Shown piece after piece: positions 28,691-39,543 of a stretch of 64,000 nucleotides of DNA. The stretch covers positions 1 to 64,000 of the forward strand of contig JBBQSO010000008.1 in the NCBI GenBank assembly GCA_038213805.1. The letters are read 5' to 3'. The translations under genes and the position numbers were made by a program. The notes under the pieces were generated by a model that saw only the letters and a program-made list of their open reading frames with translations, made no database searches and was not told the DNA's origin. Positions within the stretch are counted from its first letter, which is position 1; every line of letters starts with the position of its first letter. The DNA comes from Planctomycetota bacterium. Its GTDB lineage: Bacteria > Planctomycetota > UBA11346.

Positions 28691-31324
28691 CTAGCGCTTG
28701 CCTTTGCGCTTGCGTTCGCCGCCACCGCCACCGCCGCCCTGCTTGCGCGTGGTGCGCCGGGACCCCTGCGCATCCTTGCTGTCGCCTTGGGCACTACGAC
28801 CGCGGTTGCCACCACGGTCGCCACCCTGATTCCCACCCTGACTCCCGCCCTGGTTGCCTCCACGACTGCCACCGCGGTCGGCGCCGCGGTCACTGCCGCG
28901 CTCGCCTCCGCGACCGCCGCCCTGATTGCCGCCGCGGTCGGGACCCCGGGCAGCGCCGCGGTCACCGCGCTGCGGCTCCCCGCGCGCGCCGCGCGACTGT
29001 GGCGCGCGGTCCGCTCCAGCGATGCGGGCGGTGCGCCCGGTCGGCAGCTGCGCCTCGCTGAGGCCAAGCACCACGTCGGCCTTCGCGATATCGACCGAGA
29101 CCACCTGCACGTCGAGTTCGGTGCCGAGGGTGATGACCCGACCGCTGTGGCGACCGACCAGGCAGGAGCGCTCGGCGTCGAAGACGTAGAAGTCGTCCTT
29201 CAGCTCGCGCATCGGGATGAAGCCTTCCATGCCGGTCTCAAGCAACTGCACGGACAGGCCGCCGGGAGTGGCGCCGGTGATCACGCCTGGGAACTCCTCG
29301 CCCATGCGCGCGGCCAGGTAGCGCGCCGACTTGCGCGCGTGCAGGTCGCGCTCGGCGGCCTCGGCGCGCTGCTCGAGGTTCGACGACTGGCGCGCCAACG
29401 CATCGAGGTAGCTGCGGCGCAGTTCGACGTCCTTGTAGCCGGGCAGGCCGAGCCCGTGCTTGACCAGGCGGTGCACGAGCAAATCGGGGTAGCGGCGGAT
29501 CGGACTGGTGAAGTGCGCGTAGGTCTCGAAGGCGAGCGCGTAGTGGCCGATGTTGTCGACCGCGTAGACCGCCTTCTTGAACGAGCGCAAACAGAGGAAG
29601 TTGAGCACCAGGCGCGCCGACGGCGGTTCCGCGGCGAGGCGTCCAAGGGTCTTCTGCAGGCCGAAGCGGTTGGCGGTGTTCGCGTCGGTGATGCCGTAGA
29701 CTTCGAGCATGTGCGCGAAGACCTTCATCTTTTCCGGGTCCGGCATCTCGTGGATGCGGTAGACGCAGGGCAGGCCCTTGGCGTCCAGCCACGCCGCGAC
29801 CGCGCGGTTGGCGAGCAGCATGCACTCCTCGATGAGCTGGTGCGAGATGTCGGTGCTCTCGCGGTCGACCTCGATCGGGATGCCGTCGACGTCGAGCTTG
29901 AAGCGGTGCTCGACCGAGAACAGGTTGAGCGCGCCGGCCTTCTCGCGCCCGCGGCGCAGGCCCTGGGCGATGTCGCTGACCTGGACCAGCACGCCGCGCA
30001 CATCGGCGGGCCAGCGGTCGGTCTCGTCCTGCTTCTCGAGCACGGCCAGGGCCTGCTCGTAGGTGAAGCGGTGGCGGCTGTTGATGATGGTCTCGGACAG
30101 GCGCGTGTGGATCAGGTTGAAGCGGCTGTCGAGGGTCAGGAAAGCGCTCAGGCAGTAGCGGTCGCGGTTCGGAACCAGGCTGCAGAGGCCGTTGGAGAGC
30201 TCTTCCGGCAGCATCGGAATGACGCGGTTGATCAGGTAGATGCTGGTGGTGCGCTTGGCCGCCTCGGCGTCGAGCGGGGTGTGTTCCTTGACGTAATGGC
30301 AGACGTCGGCGATGTGCACGCCCAGCACCCAGTGGCCCTCGGCGTCCTTCTCGAGGCTGATGGCGTCGTCGAAATCCTTGGCGGTCTCGGGATCGATGGT
30401 GAAGACCAGCTTCTGCCGCAGGTCCTCGCGCTTGCCCGCGGGGAACTTGTCGCCGTAGGCGCGCGCCTGCTCGACGGTCTCCTTGGGGAACTCTCCGGGC
30501 AGGTCGTGGACCAGGCAGACGTAGCGGAAATCGGCAATCTCGGGGGTCTCGTCGGCGAGGATGCGGCCGATATGTACGCCGGCGGCGCCGGTGGGATCGA
30601 TCACCACCGTGCCGACGACGCGATCGCCGGCTTGATACTGCTGGTAGAACTGCGCGTAGGCGCTGAGCACTGGCAACTGGCCCTCGCGGCGGTTGTCGGG
30701 GATCAGCACCGCGCCGCCCGGCCGGAAGTTGACGGTGCCCAGGACCTCGCGACCAGCGCGACGCAGGATGCGCGTGATCAGCGCGAAGTCGTCCTCGCCG
30801 ACCATCGCCTGGGCGACGTCGCCGGCGCGCGCGCCGATGGTGTAGCGCGGGTTGACCGGCAGGACCTTGCCGTCGGGGAAACGCGCCTGCATCAGGGTTT
30901 TGTCGGCGCTGCCCTCGAGCGGGGTCAACAGCACCGAGAACTCGCCTTTGGTCCCGGAGACCTGGTAGCGGCCGGGCCGCACCTCAAGGACCTGGCCCTG
31001 TTCGACCAGACGGCGCAGCATCAGGCCGATGTCGCGGCTGTCGGCCTCGCGCTTCAACGCTGCGGCGAGCTGGGTGGCGGTGGCGCCGCCGGGCATGGCG
31101 GCGAGGGCGGTGAGCAGCGCCTGGGCGGGTCCCTGCACGACACTGGTGGCGGCCGGGACCGCAGCCGCGATGGCGGCTGCTGGCACGTCTGCAGCCGCGC
31201 CTGGGACCACACTCTTGCCGCGCTGGCGGGGGGTTGCCGCCTGCATCGGGAAGCGGCTCTTCAGGTACTCCTTGGCGGTCGATTTGCCGAAAGGAGTGCT
31301 GGACTTTGCGGGACGTCGGGCCAT
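28691..31324 (-). CDS. rnr: Ribonuclease R with a long Gly/Arg-rich C-terminal tail
   Basis: TIDPETAKDFDDA, VHIADV, LIEECMLLAN, HFTSPIRRYPDL and an S1 domain. Confidence 0.95.
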   Translation of the reverse strand: MARRPAKSSTPFGKSTAKEYLKSRFPMQAATPRQRGKSVVPGAAADVPAAAIAAAVPAATSVVQGPAQALLTALAAMPGGATATQLAAALKREADSRDIGLMLRRLVEQGQVLEVRPGRYQVSGTKGEFSVLLTPLEGSADKTLMQARFPDGKVLPVNPRYTIGARAGDVAQAMVGEDDFALITRILRRAGREVLGTVNFRPGGAVLIPDNRREGQLPVLSAYAQFYQQYQAGDRVVGTVVIDPTGAAGVHIGRILADETPEIADFRYVCLVHDLPGEFPKETVEQARAYGDKFPAGKREDLRQKLVFTIDPETAKDFDDAISLEKDAEGHWVLGVHIADVCHYVKEHTPLDAEAAKRTTSIYLINRVIPMLPEELSNGLCSLVPNRDRYCLSAFLTLDSRFNLIHTRLSETIINSRHRFTYEQALAVLEKQDETDRWPADVRGVLVQVSDIAQGLRRGREKAGALNLFSVEHRFKLDVDGIPIEVDRESTDISHQLIEECMLLANRAVAAWLDAKGLPCVYRIHEMPDPEKMKVFAHMLEVYGITDANTANRFGLQKTLGRLAAEPPSARLVLNFLCLRSFKKAVYAVDNIGHYALAFETYAHFTSPIRRYPDLLVHRLVKHGLGLPGYKDVELRRSYLDALARQSSNLEQRAEAAERDLHARKSARYLAARMGEEFPGVITGATPGGLSVQLLETGMEGFIPMRELKDDFYVFDAERSCLVGRHSGRVITLGTELDVQVVSVDIAKADVVLGLSEAQLPTGRTARIAGADRAPQSRGARGEPQRGDRGAARGPDRGGNQGGGRGGERGSDRGADRGGSRGGNQGGSQGGNQGGDRGGNRGRSAQGDSKDAQGSRRTTRKQGGGGGGGERKRKGKR

Positions 31325-31500
31325 CTTTCTTCTCTCTCTGGCGGCGCCGTTTACAGCGCAGCAGCCGGGCCGAAGCACACGGCGTCCGACGCCACCTGTC
31401 CAGTGCTTTCACCCCGGGTGCGCGCGACCCGGCCCGACGACCGCACGGACGCGGATCCCGCGCTTCTGCACCCGACGACCCTGAGAGGCCCCGCACGCGC

Positions 31501-32394
31501 ATGATGAAAGGGCAGCTACCGGCCACCGACCAGCTCCTGGCGGCGCTTACCGTCGCGCGCCTGGGCAGCTTCACCCGCGCCGCGCAGGAGCTTGAGCTGA
31601 GCCAGCCGGCGCTCAGCCGCCAGGTCATGGGCCTCGAACGCGCGCTCGGCGTCAAGCTCTTCGAGCGCGTCGGTCGCGCCGTGCGCCTGACCTCCAGCGG
31701 CGAGGAGCTGGTCGGTCGCGCCGGCCCCCTGCTTGAGGAACTCAGCCGCGTCACCAGCAATCTGTCCGCGGCCAACGGCTCCAGTGCCGGGCGCGTGCGC
31801 CTGGGCGCCAGCGAGTCGGTGGCGGTCAACTCGCTGCCGGGCATCCTGCGCCCCTACCTGCAGACCAACCGCCGCGTCAACCTGCGCCTGATCTGCCGCA
31901 CCAGTGAGCGCCTGCCCGAGATGATCGCCAGCGGCGAGCTCGACATGGCGGTGTGCGCGGTCGAATTCGACCCGCCCGGCTTGGCCTGCAAGCGCCTGTG
32001 GGACGAGGAGCTGGTCCTGGTCCTGCCGATCAACCATCCGTCGCGCAGTCGCACCATCGCGAGCTACAGCCAGGAGGAGTTCATCCTGCTGCCGCCGAGC
32101 ACGGTCACCCGCCGCCTGCTGGACCGCGCCCTCGCCGACAAGGGCATCGAGCTGAAGGTTGCGCTGGAGCACGACAGCCCCGAGGTCATCAAGGCGATGG
32201 TCCTCGCCGGCCTCGGCCTCGCCATCCTGCCCGAGCCCTGCGTGCGCAAGGAAACCCGCCGCGGCGAGCTTGCCGCCTGGCCGCTGACCGACCTGCGCGT
32301 GGTGCGCCAGATCGTCGCCCTGACCGATCCGCGCCGGCAGGCGTGGCCGGTAGAGACCGCGCTCCTGGAAGCGCTCGGGCGGTACGGCCGCTGA
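31501..32394 (+). CDS. LysR-family transcriptional regulator
   Basis: GSFTRAAQELELSQPALSRQVMGLERALGVKLFER HTH; substrate-binding domain with MVLAGLGLAILP. Confidence 0.95.
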   Translation: MMKGQLPATDQLLAALTVARLGSFTRAAQELELSQPALSRQVMGLERALGVKLFERVGRAVRLTSSGEELVGRAGPLLEELSRVTSNLSAANGSSAGRVRLGASESVAVNSLPGILRPYLQTNRRVNLRLICRTSERLPEMIASGELDMAVCAVEFDPPGLACKRLWDEELVLVLPINHPSRSRTIASYSQEEFILLPPSTVTRRLLDRALADKGIELKVALEHDSPEVIKAMVLAGLGLAILPEPCVRKETRRGELAAWPLTDLRVVRQIVALTDPRRQAWPVETALLEALGRYGR

Positions 32395-32627
32395 GGGACG
32401 TGGAGCGCGAGATCCCAGACCCGTGAGCCCGCTGATCGCTCCCGCGGTGTCGCATCCTGGTCGACTTCAGCTCTTCGAGACTTCCGCCTCAAATGCTCGC
32501 ACCTCGCGACGCTCCCCGATGGTCTCGACACCCGGGCATTCGCGCACAGCGCGCCATCCGCTCGCCGCATATGCCCTCGCCGGCCTTTGCCGCTGTGCGG
32601 CGCTGCAGGCGGCTTAGCCTGCGGGGG

Positions 32628-34157
32628 ATGAGCGGATCCGGAACAGTCTACCTGGTCGGTGCCGGCCCCGGTGATCCGGGGCTGCTCACGGTCCGCGGGG
32701 CAGAGCTGGTGGCCCGCTGTGACTGCGTGGTCTACGACTACCTGGTGAATCCGGCGATCCTCGCGGCGGTGCCGGCGGACGCGGCACGGCACTTCGTCGG
32801 CAAGCGCGGCGGCGCGGCCTCGTGCACGCAGGACGAGATCAATCAGCGCCTGATCGCACTGGCGCATCAGCATCGCCGCGTGCTGCGCCTGAAGGGTGGC
32901 GATCCCTTCCTGTTCGGACGCGGCGGCGAAGAGGCGGCGGCCCTGGCCGAGGCCGGCATCCCGTTCGCCGTGGTGCCCGGGGTGACGGCCGGCATCGGCG
33001 TCCCGGCCTATGCCGGCATCCCGGTGACGCACCGTGCGGCCTCATCGGTGGTGGCCTTCGCCACCGGGCATCAGCAGGCCGGCTACGATCCTGACCTCGA
33101 CTGGCGTTCGCTCGCGCACATCGAAACGATCGTCCTGTACATGGGCATGCACAAGCTCGCCGAGAACTGCGCGCAACTGATCGCCCACGGCCGCGCCGCC
33201 ACCACTCCGGCCTGCGCCATCCAGTGGGGCACCTACGCGCGCCAGCGCGTGGTCACCGGCACCCTCGCCACGTTGCCAGCCCTGGCCAAGGAAGCCGGGC
33301 TGGGCGCGCCGGCGATCACCGTGGTCGGCGACGTGGTCGGGTACCGCGACCGGATCCGCTGGTTCGACAACCGGCCGCTCTCAGGTCGACGCATCGCGGT
33401 GACGCGCGCGCGCGAGCAGGCCAGCGCGCTGGCCGCGCAGCTCGGCGAGCACGGTGCCGAGGTCGTGGAGCTGCCGCTGGCGCGTTACGAGCCACCCGCC
33501 GATTGGCTGGTGGTAGACGCTGCGCTGGCGCGCCTGGAACACTTCGACTGGGTGGCCTTCACCTCGGCGAACGCCGTGCGCTTCCTGTGGGGCCGCCTGC
33601 GCGCGCAGGGCCGCGACGCGCGTGCCTTCGCCGGCGTACGCATCGCCGCGGTCGGCCCGGCGACCGCGGCCGCGCTGGCGGAATGCGGACTGCAGGCCGA
33701 CCTGGTGCCGGTCGACGCCAGCGCCGCGGGGCTCGGCCGCTCCCTGCAGGAGGCCGGTTACCCCTGCGTCGGCAACATCCCGCCCACGCCCGCCCTGCCG
33801 CGCGTGCTGCTGCCGCAGGCCGACAATGCGCGCCCGGAGCTGGCCGCGTGGCTGACGAATGCCGGCTGCCCGGTGACCGCGGTGACGGTCTACCGCGCGG
33901 TCGCCCTGCCCGTGGCGGATCCGGGCCCGCTGGATGCGGTGACCTTCGCTTCGTCCGCGACCGTCGAGCGCTTCCTCGCCGGCCTGGGAGAGGCCGCGAT
34001 TGCCGCGCTGCTCGCTGCCGGCTGCCGCTTCTACGCCATCGGCCCGCAGACCGCAGCGACCCTGCGTGAACGCGGACTGCCGGTCGCCGGCATGGCGGAG
34101 GAAGCCTCGGTCGACGGGCTGGTGCAGACCGTGGTGCGCGACTTCGCCAGCGGCTGA
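32628..34157 (+). CDS. cobA: Uroporphyrinogen-III C-methyltransferase / uroporphyrinogen-III synthase fusion (CobA-HemD)
   Basis: VYLVGAGPGDPGLLT, RLKGGDPFLFGRGGEE and VPGVTA, followed by IAVTRAREQA, FTSANAV and AVGPATA. Confidence 0.95.
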   Translation: MSGSGTVYLVGAGPGDPGLLTVRGAELVARCDCVVYDYLVNPAILAAVPADAARHFVGKRGGAASCTQDEINQRLIALAHQHRRVLRLKGGDPFLFGRGGEEAAALAEAGIPFAVVPGVTAGIGVPAYAGIPVTHRAASSVVAFATGHQQAGYDPDLDWRSLAHIETIVLYMGMHKLAENCAQLIAHGRAATTPACAIQWGTYARQRVVTGTLATLPALAKEAGLGAPAITVVGDVVGYRDRIRWFDNRPLSGRRIAVTRAREQASALAAQLGEHGAEVVELPLARYEPPADWLVVDAALARLEHFDWVAFTSANAVRFLWGRLRAQGRDARAFAGVRIAAVGPATAAALAECGLQADLVPVDASAAGLGRSLQEAGYPCVGNIPPTPALPRVLLPQADNARPELAAWLTNAGCPVTAVTVYRAVALPVADPGPLDAVTFASSATVERFLAGLGEAAIAALLAAGCRFYAIGPQTAATLRERGLPVAGMAEEASVDGLVQTVVRDFASG

Positions 34158-34424
34158 TGCCAACGCGTCGCCAGTCGCGGAAGGCCCCCTCCGTGGCGCG
34201 CGGTCCACTGGCCCGCATCGGAAGCAGGTCAGCGAGCAGACCCACGTCCTGTGACGGAGAGACGTCTCACGTGCAATTGCGGGCCAGCTGGCCCGCGGTC
34301 CCAGGGGGATGACACCATCACCGGGGGCGCATCGGGAGATCCACGCAGGCTTGCCGCTCGCGCAGCACCGCTGATGCTCGCAGCCGTTCCCCCTTCTCCA
34401 CTTCTCTCCTGCCGCCCTCCACCC

Positions 34425-35447
34425 ATGTCCCACCCCCTCGCCGCCCCCCTCGCCTTCACGCCCGCCTACCAGAATGTCGTCTGGGGTGGCCGGCGCATGG
34501 AGCAGTGGCGCGCCGATCTGCCGGCAGGTCCGATCGGGGAAAGCTGGGACCTCGCCGATCACGAACGCGGCATGAGTGTGGTTGCCGGCGGCCCGCTCAC
34601 GGGGCGCACGCTGCGCGACCTGACCAACGCGTTTCCCAGGGAACTGGTCGGCGCCGGCTTCGCCGGCGGCGCCTTCCCGCTGCTGGTCAAACTCATCGAC
34701 GCCAACGACCGGCTCTCGGTGCAGGTCCATCCTGATGACCGCCTGGCGCGCGAGATGCGCCTCGGCGAACGCGGCAAGACCGAGTGCTGGCTGATGCTCG
34801 ACGCGGGTGGCGAACTCTACGTCGGCACCCGTCCGGGGTGCGACCGCGCACGCTTCGAGGCGGCGCTGGCCGCCGGCCACGTTGCGGATGAACTCAACCG
34901 CCACCGCGCGCACGACGGCGACTTCTACTTCCTGCCGGCGCGCACCGTGCATGCCCTGGGCGCGGGCTGCCTGCTGTACGAGGTGCAGCAGACCTGCGAT
35001 GTGACCTTCCGCGTCGACGACTGGGGGCGCGTCGGCCTGGATGGGAAACCGCGCCCGCTGCACATCCCGCAGTCGCTCGAAACCATCGACTTCGCTGCCA
35101 CCGGCACCTGGCCCGCGACGACGCGCGAGACCGTGCACCGCGACGGCGGCAGCGTGCGCCGCTTGGGCGCGTGCCCCTACTTCGCGGTCGAGGAGCGGCG
35201 CGCCGGCATCACCAGAGGTGGCGACGGCGAAACCTGCTCGATCGTAGTCTGCCTCGCCGGCCACGGCACTCTCGCCACCGCCGGCGGCAGCGTTGCACTC
35301 GCACCGATGCGCACCTGCCTGGTCCCAGCCATCGCCGGCACCTGGACCGCCACCGCCGCGCACCTGGAGTCGCTCAGACTGCTGGTGGCGACGCCGGGTT
35401 CGGGAGGTCCGGAAGTCCGGAAGTCCGGAAGTCCGGAAGTCTCGTAG
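34425..35447 (+). CDS. manA: Class I mannose-6-phosphate isomerase (C-terminus derived from a repeat)
   Basis: VWGGRR, IGESW, FPLLVKLIDANDRLSVQVHPDD, GKTECW, TVHALG and EVQQ. Confidence 0.92.
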   Translation: MSHPLAAPLAFTPAYQNVVWGGRRMEQWRADLPAGPIGESWDLADHERGMSVVAGGPLTGRTLRDLTNAFPRELVGAGFAGGAFPLLVKLIDANDRLSVQVHPDDRLAREMRLGERGKTECWLMLDAGGELYVGTRPGCDRARFEAALAAGHVADELNRHRAHDGDFYFLPARTVHALGAGCLLYEVQQTCDVTFRVDDWGRVGLDGKPRPLHIPQSLETIDFAATGTWPATTRETVHRDGGSVRRLGACPYFAVEERRAGITRGGDGETCSIVVCLAGHGTLATAGGSVALAPMRTCLVPAIAGTWTATAAHLESLRLLVATPGSGGPEVRKSGSPEVS

Positions 35448-35567
35448 GACGGGTCACTCCCGGCTCCCTGGGGCCGCAGCGTCAGCAGGGTTTTATCGGC
35501 CTGCACCCCTTCCAACCACCGCACCACGAGACTTCCGGACTTCCGGACTTCCGGACCTCCGGACTTC
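35407..35567. repeat. GTCCGGAA inverted-tandem element, copy C
   Basis: (GTCCGGAA)4 at 35407-35438, a 94-nt core, and (TTCCGGAC)4 at 35533-35564. Confidence 0.93.
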
Positions 35568-35571
35568 TCCG

Positions 35572-36681
<1,110 letters not shown>

Positions 36682-36875
36682 TTTCCAGCCTCTGCCCGCA
36701 CCCCGGCATTGCCATAAGGTTCCCGGCGCCGCGGCGCAGGGGCGGGTCGACTGTCGGACACAGGCGGAGTGAGCCGTGAAATGGATGGCGGGGCGGGACG
36801 GCGGGCGCAGCATGGGCAGCAGCGGCGGCGCATGCTGTCGCCCCAGCGCCTGCGGCGCCTTCCTCCGGAATCCCC

Positions 36876-37787
36876 ATGAGCACCGATCCCGCGCCCGCCC
36901 CCGCCACCTCAGTGATCCCAGGCGTGACCCTCACCACCGGTGACGGCGGCCTGCCCGCGCTGGCCATCGACACGCCGCTGGCGAGCGCGCTGATCTATCT
37001 GAACGGCGCGCACCTCGCGCGCTGGCGCCCACGCGGTCACGACGAGGTGCTGTGGCTGAGCGCCACCAGCCAGTACCTGCCGGGCCGCCCGATCCGCGGC
37101 GGCGTGCCATTGTGCTGGCCGTGGTTCGGCGGCCACGCACAGCGTCCCGAATTGCCCGCACACGGCTTCGCGCGCACCAGCTCCTGGACCCTGGCCGCGA
37201 CCGAGGCCCTGCCCGACGGCCGCGTGCGCATCGGCCTCAGCCTGTCTGACGACGCTGCCAGCAGCCGGATGTGGCCTCATCCTTTCCTCATCATCAACAC
37301 CGTCACCATCGGCGAGACCCTGGAGATGGAGCTGGTGGTGCGCAACCCCGGCACGGCGCCCTTCACCTGCGAAGAAGCGCTGCACACCTATTTCGCAGTC
37401 GGCGATGTGCGCCGCTGCGCCATCCACGGCCTCGCCGGCACCACCTACATCGACAAGGTGCGCGCCCAGCAGCGCTTCGTCGAGGGCCAGGCCCCCCTCG
37501 CCTTCTGCGGCGAGACCGATCGGGTCTATGTGGACACCGACGCCACCTGCCGACTTGAGGACCCCGTCCTAAAGCGCACCATCACGGTCGCCAAAGAGGG
37601 TTCCAAGGCCACCGTGGTATGGAATCCCTGGATCGACAAAGCCAAGGCCATGAAGGACTTCGATGACGAGGGCTGGCCCGGCATGGCGTGCATCGAAAGC
37701 GCCAACGCAGCGGAGGTGGCGATCACCGTGCCGCCCGGCGGCGAGCACCGCCTGGGAGTCCGGATCAGCGTTCAGCGCCAGCCCTGA
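36876..37787 (+). CDS. D-hexose-6-phosphate mutarotase (YeaD-like)
   Basis: IRGGVPLCWPWFG, HGFAR, ALHTYF, ETDRVY, VVWNPW and CIE. Confidence 0.93.
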   Translation: MSTDPAPAPATSVIPGVTLTTGDGGLPALAIDTPLASALIYLNGAHLARWRPRGHDEVLWLSATSQYLPGRPIRGGVPLCWPWFGGHAQRPELPAHGFARTSSWTLAATEALPDGRVRIGLSLSDDAASSRMWPHPFLIINTVTIGETLEMELVVRNPGTAPFTCEEALHTYFAVGDVRRCAIHGLAGTTYIDKVRAQQRFVEGQAPLAFCGETDRVYVDTDATCRLEDPVLKRTITVAKEGSKATVVWNPWIDKAKAMKDFDDEGWPGMACIESANAAEVAITVPPGGEHRLGVRISVQRQP

Positions 37788-37887
37788 CGGCGCCGAGGAG
37801 CAGGGCGTGCAGCGCTGGAACAAACCCACCCGTGCGTTACCTTGCCGGCAGTCCATGCGGCCCCTGCCGTAGCGAAAGGACCCCTCC

Positions 37888-38487
37888 ATGACCGCTCTCC
37901 ATCCCCTGCTGCTGGTCCTCGCACTTGTTGCCGCACTGCCGGCGGGTGCGAGCGCGCAGAACTCCGATGGCATGACCTCGACGCAAACCACGCAAGCCTG
38001 GATGCCAGGCCAGTGGGTGCAGTCGGGCAACCAGTACACCTGGCAGGCTGGGCATTGGCAGACCTCCACCACTACCACCGCAGTTGCGGGCCAGCCGGTG
38101 TGGTTGGCGGGACGCTGGGAACAGAATCCCTCGGGCGGCTGGACCTGGATCGAGGGCCACTATGAGTCGCCACCGCCGCTCCTCGCCCAAGGGCCGACAC
38201 AGCCGCCGCCCCAGCCGGTGGTGCAACAGCAGCCGGTCGTGATCCAGCAGCAGCCGGTGTATGTGCAGCAGCCGGTCTACGTCCAGCAGCCGCAGCCGAT
38301 CTATGTGTCGCAGCCGCAGACGGTGTACGTCGAACAGCCGGTCTACTACTCGCGGCCCTACTGCAATCCTGCGCCCGCCTTCGGGCTCGGCATCGGCCTT
38401 GGTCTGGGACTCGGCTTCGGGTTCGGCCACTGGGGTGGCTATGGCGGCGGTTATCACGGCTATCATGGCGGCCGGTATTGCCGCTGA
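37888..38487 (+). CDS. Secreted YXWGXW-repeat protein with PVYVQQ repeats
   Basis: Signal peptide; WMPGQW, WQAGHW, WLAGRW and WIEGHY; QQPVYV repeats; Gly-rich tail. Confidence 0.8.
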   Translation: MTALHPLLLVLALVAALPAGASAQNSDGMTSTQTTQAWMPGQWVQSGNQYTWQAGHWQTSTTTTAVAGQPVWLAGRWEQNPSGGWTWIEGHYESPPPLLAQGPTQPPPQPVVQQQPVVIQQQPVYVQQPVYVQQPQPIYVSQPQTVYVEQPVYYSRPYCNPAPAFGLGIGLGLGLGFGFGHWGGYGGGYHGYHGGRYCR

Positions 38488-38618
38488 GCCGTACGGCACA
38501 GCATTAAGGATCGCGCGACGCCCGCGGCAGGATCTGCCGCGGGCGTCTGCTTTTCGGCCCGACACACCGCTGGCAAAGGACAGCTTGGGCGCGCGCGGTA
38601 GGCGCATATGACCGGGGC

Positions 38619-39536
38619 ATGGAAGCGATCCTCTCCGCGCGCGGCTTGAGCAAGCGCTACGGCCCGTTCCAGGCTTTGCACGAGGTCAGCCTCGAACTGC
38701 AGCGCGGCGAGGTGGTCGGCTTCCTCGGTCCGAACGGCGCGGGCAAGTCCACGACCATGAAGATCCTCACCGGCTTCGTGGCGCCCAGCGGCGGCAGCGC
38801 GACCATCGCCGGGCACGATCTGGTCGGCGATCCCCTCGCCTGCCGGCGCGCCATCGGCTACCTGCCCGAGGAGCTGCCGCTCTATCTCGACATGACCGTC
38901 ACCGGCTACCTCGATCATGTCGCGCGCCTGAAGGGCGTCGCGCCCGGCGCACGGCGCAAGGAAGTGGTCGAGGCGATCGAAGCCGCGTGGCTGGGCGAGA
39001 ACGCCAAGCGCCACATCCGCAAGCTGTCGAAGGGCAACCGCCAGCGCGTCGGGCTGGCGCAGGCGCTGCTCGGCCGGCCGCCGCTGCTCATCCTCGATGA
39101 ACCGACTTCGGGTCTGGACCCCGCGCAGGTGGCGAACTTCCGCGAACTCATCAAGAACCTGGCGCAGCGTCACACCATCCTGCTTTCGACGCACATCCTG
39201 GGCGAGGTCGAGGCGACCTGCGCGCGCGTGGTGGTGGTGCACCGCGGGCGCACCGTCGCCTGCGAAGGCATCGACGCGCTGCGCAAACGTGCGCGCCAGG
39301 TCTCCCGCCTGCGCGTGCGCGTGCGCGACGGCGCGACCGCACCGCTGTGCGCCGCGCTCGCGGGTGGCGGCTGGGCGACGGTCGTCGAGTCCCAGGGCGA
39401 CGGCGTGCTGCTCGACGCGCCCGAGGAGCGCAGAGGCGAACTGGTCGCGCTCATCGAGGCGCACGGCGGCCTGCGCGAGCTGAGCGAGGAACGGCGCAGC
39501 CTGGAAGAGGTCTTCCGCGACCTCATCGCGGGCTGA
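38619..39536 (+). CDS. ABC-2 type transporter ATP-binding protein (GldA-like)
   Basis: GPNGAGKST, LSKGNRQRVGLAQA, LDEPTSGLDP, LSTH and SLEEVF. Confidence 0.93.
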   Translation: MEAILSARGLSKRYGPFQALHEVSLELQRGEVVGFLGPNGAGKSTTMKILTGFVAPSGGSATIAGHDLVGDPLACRRAIGYLPEELPLYLDMTVTGYLDHVARLKGVAPGARRKEVVEAIEAAWLGENAKRHIRKLSKGNRQRVGLAQALLGRPPLLILDEPTSGLDPAQVANFRELIKNLAQRHTILLSTHILGEVEATCARVVVVHRGRTVACEGIDALRKRARQVSRLRVRVRDGATAPLCAALAGGGWATVVESQGDGVLLDAPEERRGELVALIEAHGGLRELSEERRSLEEVFRDLIAG

Positions 39537-39543
39537 GGCGGCC

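Noticed and set aside
31501..34157. LysR plus cobA-hemD as a CysB/CysL sulfur regulon with cysDN and the EI24 gene
   Set aside because: The genes are far apart and no shared operator is visible; the association is only thematic.
34208..34296. ctggcccgca/tgcgggccag/ctggcccgc short inverted repeats
   Set aside because: GC-rich matches of 9-10 bp, single locus, plausible by chance.
38619..39536. Orphan ABC ATPase next to comF as a competence system
   Set aside because: No permease or other com genes are adjacent, and comF commonly occurs alone.
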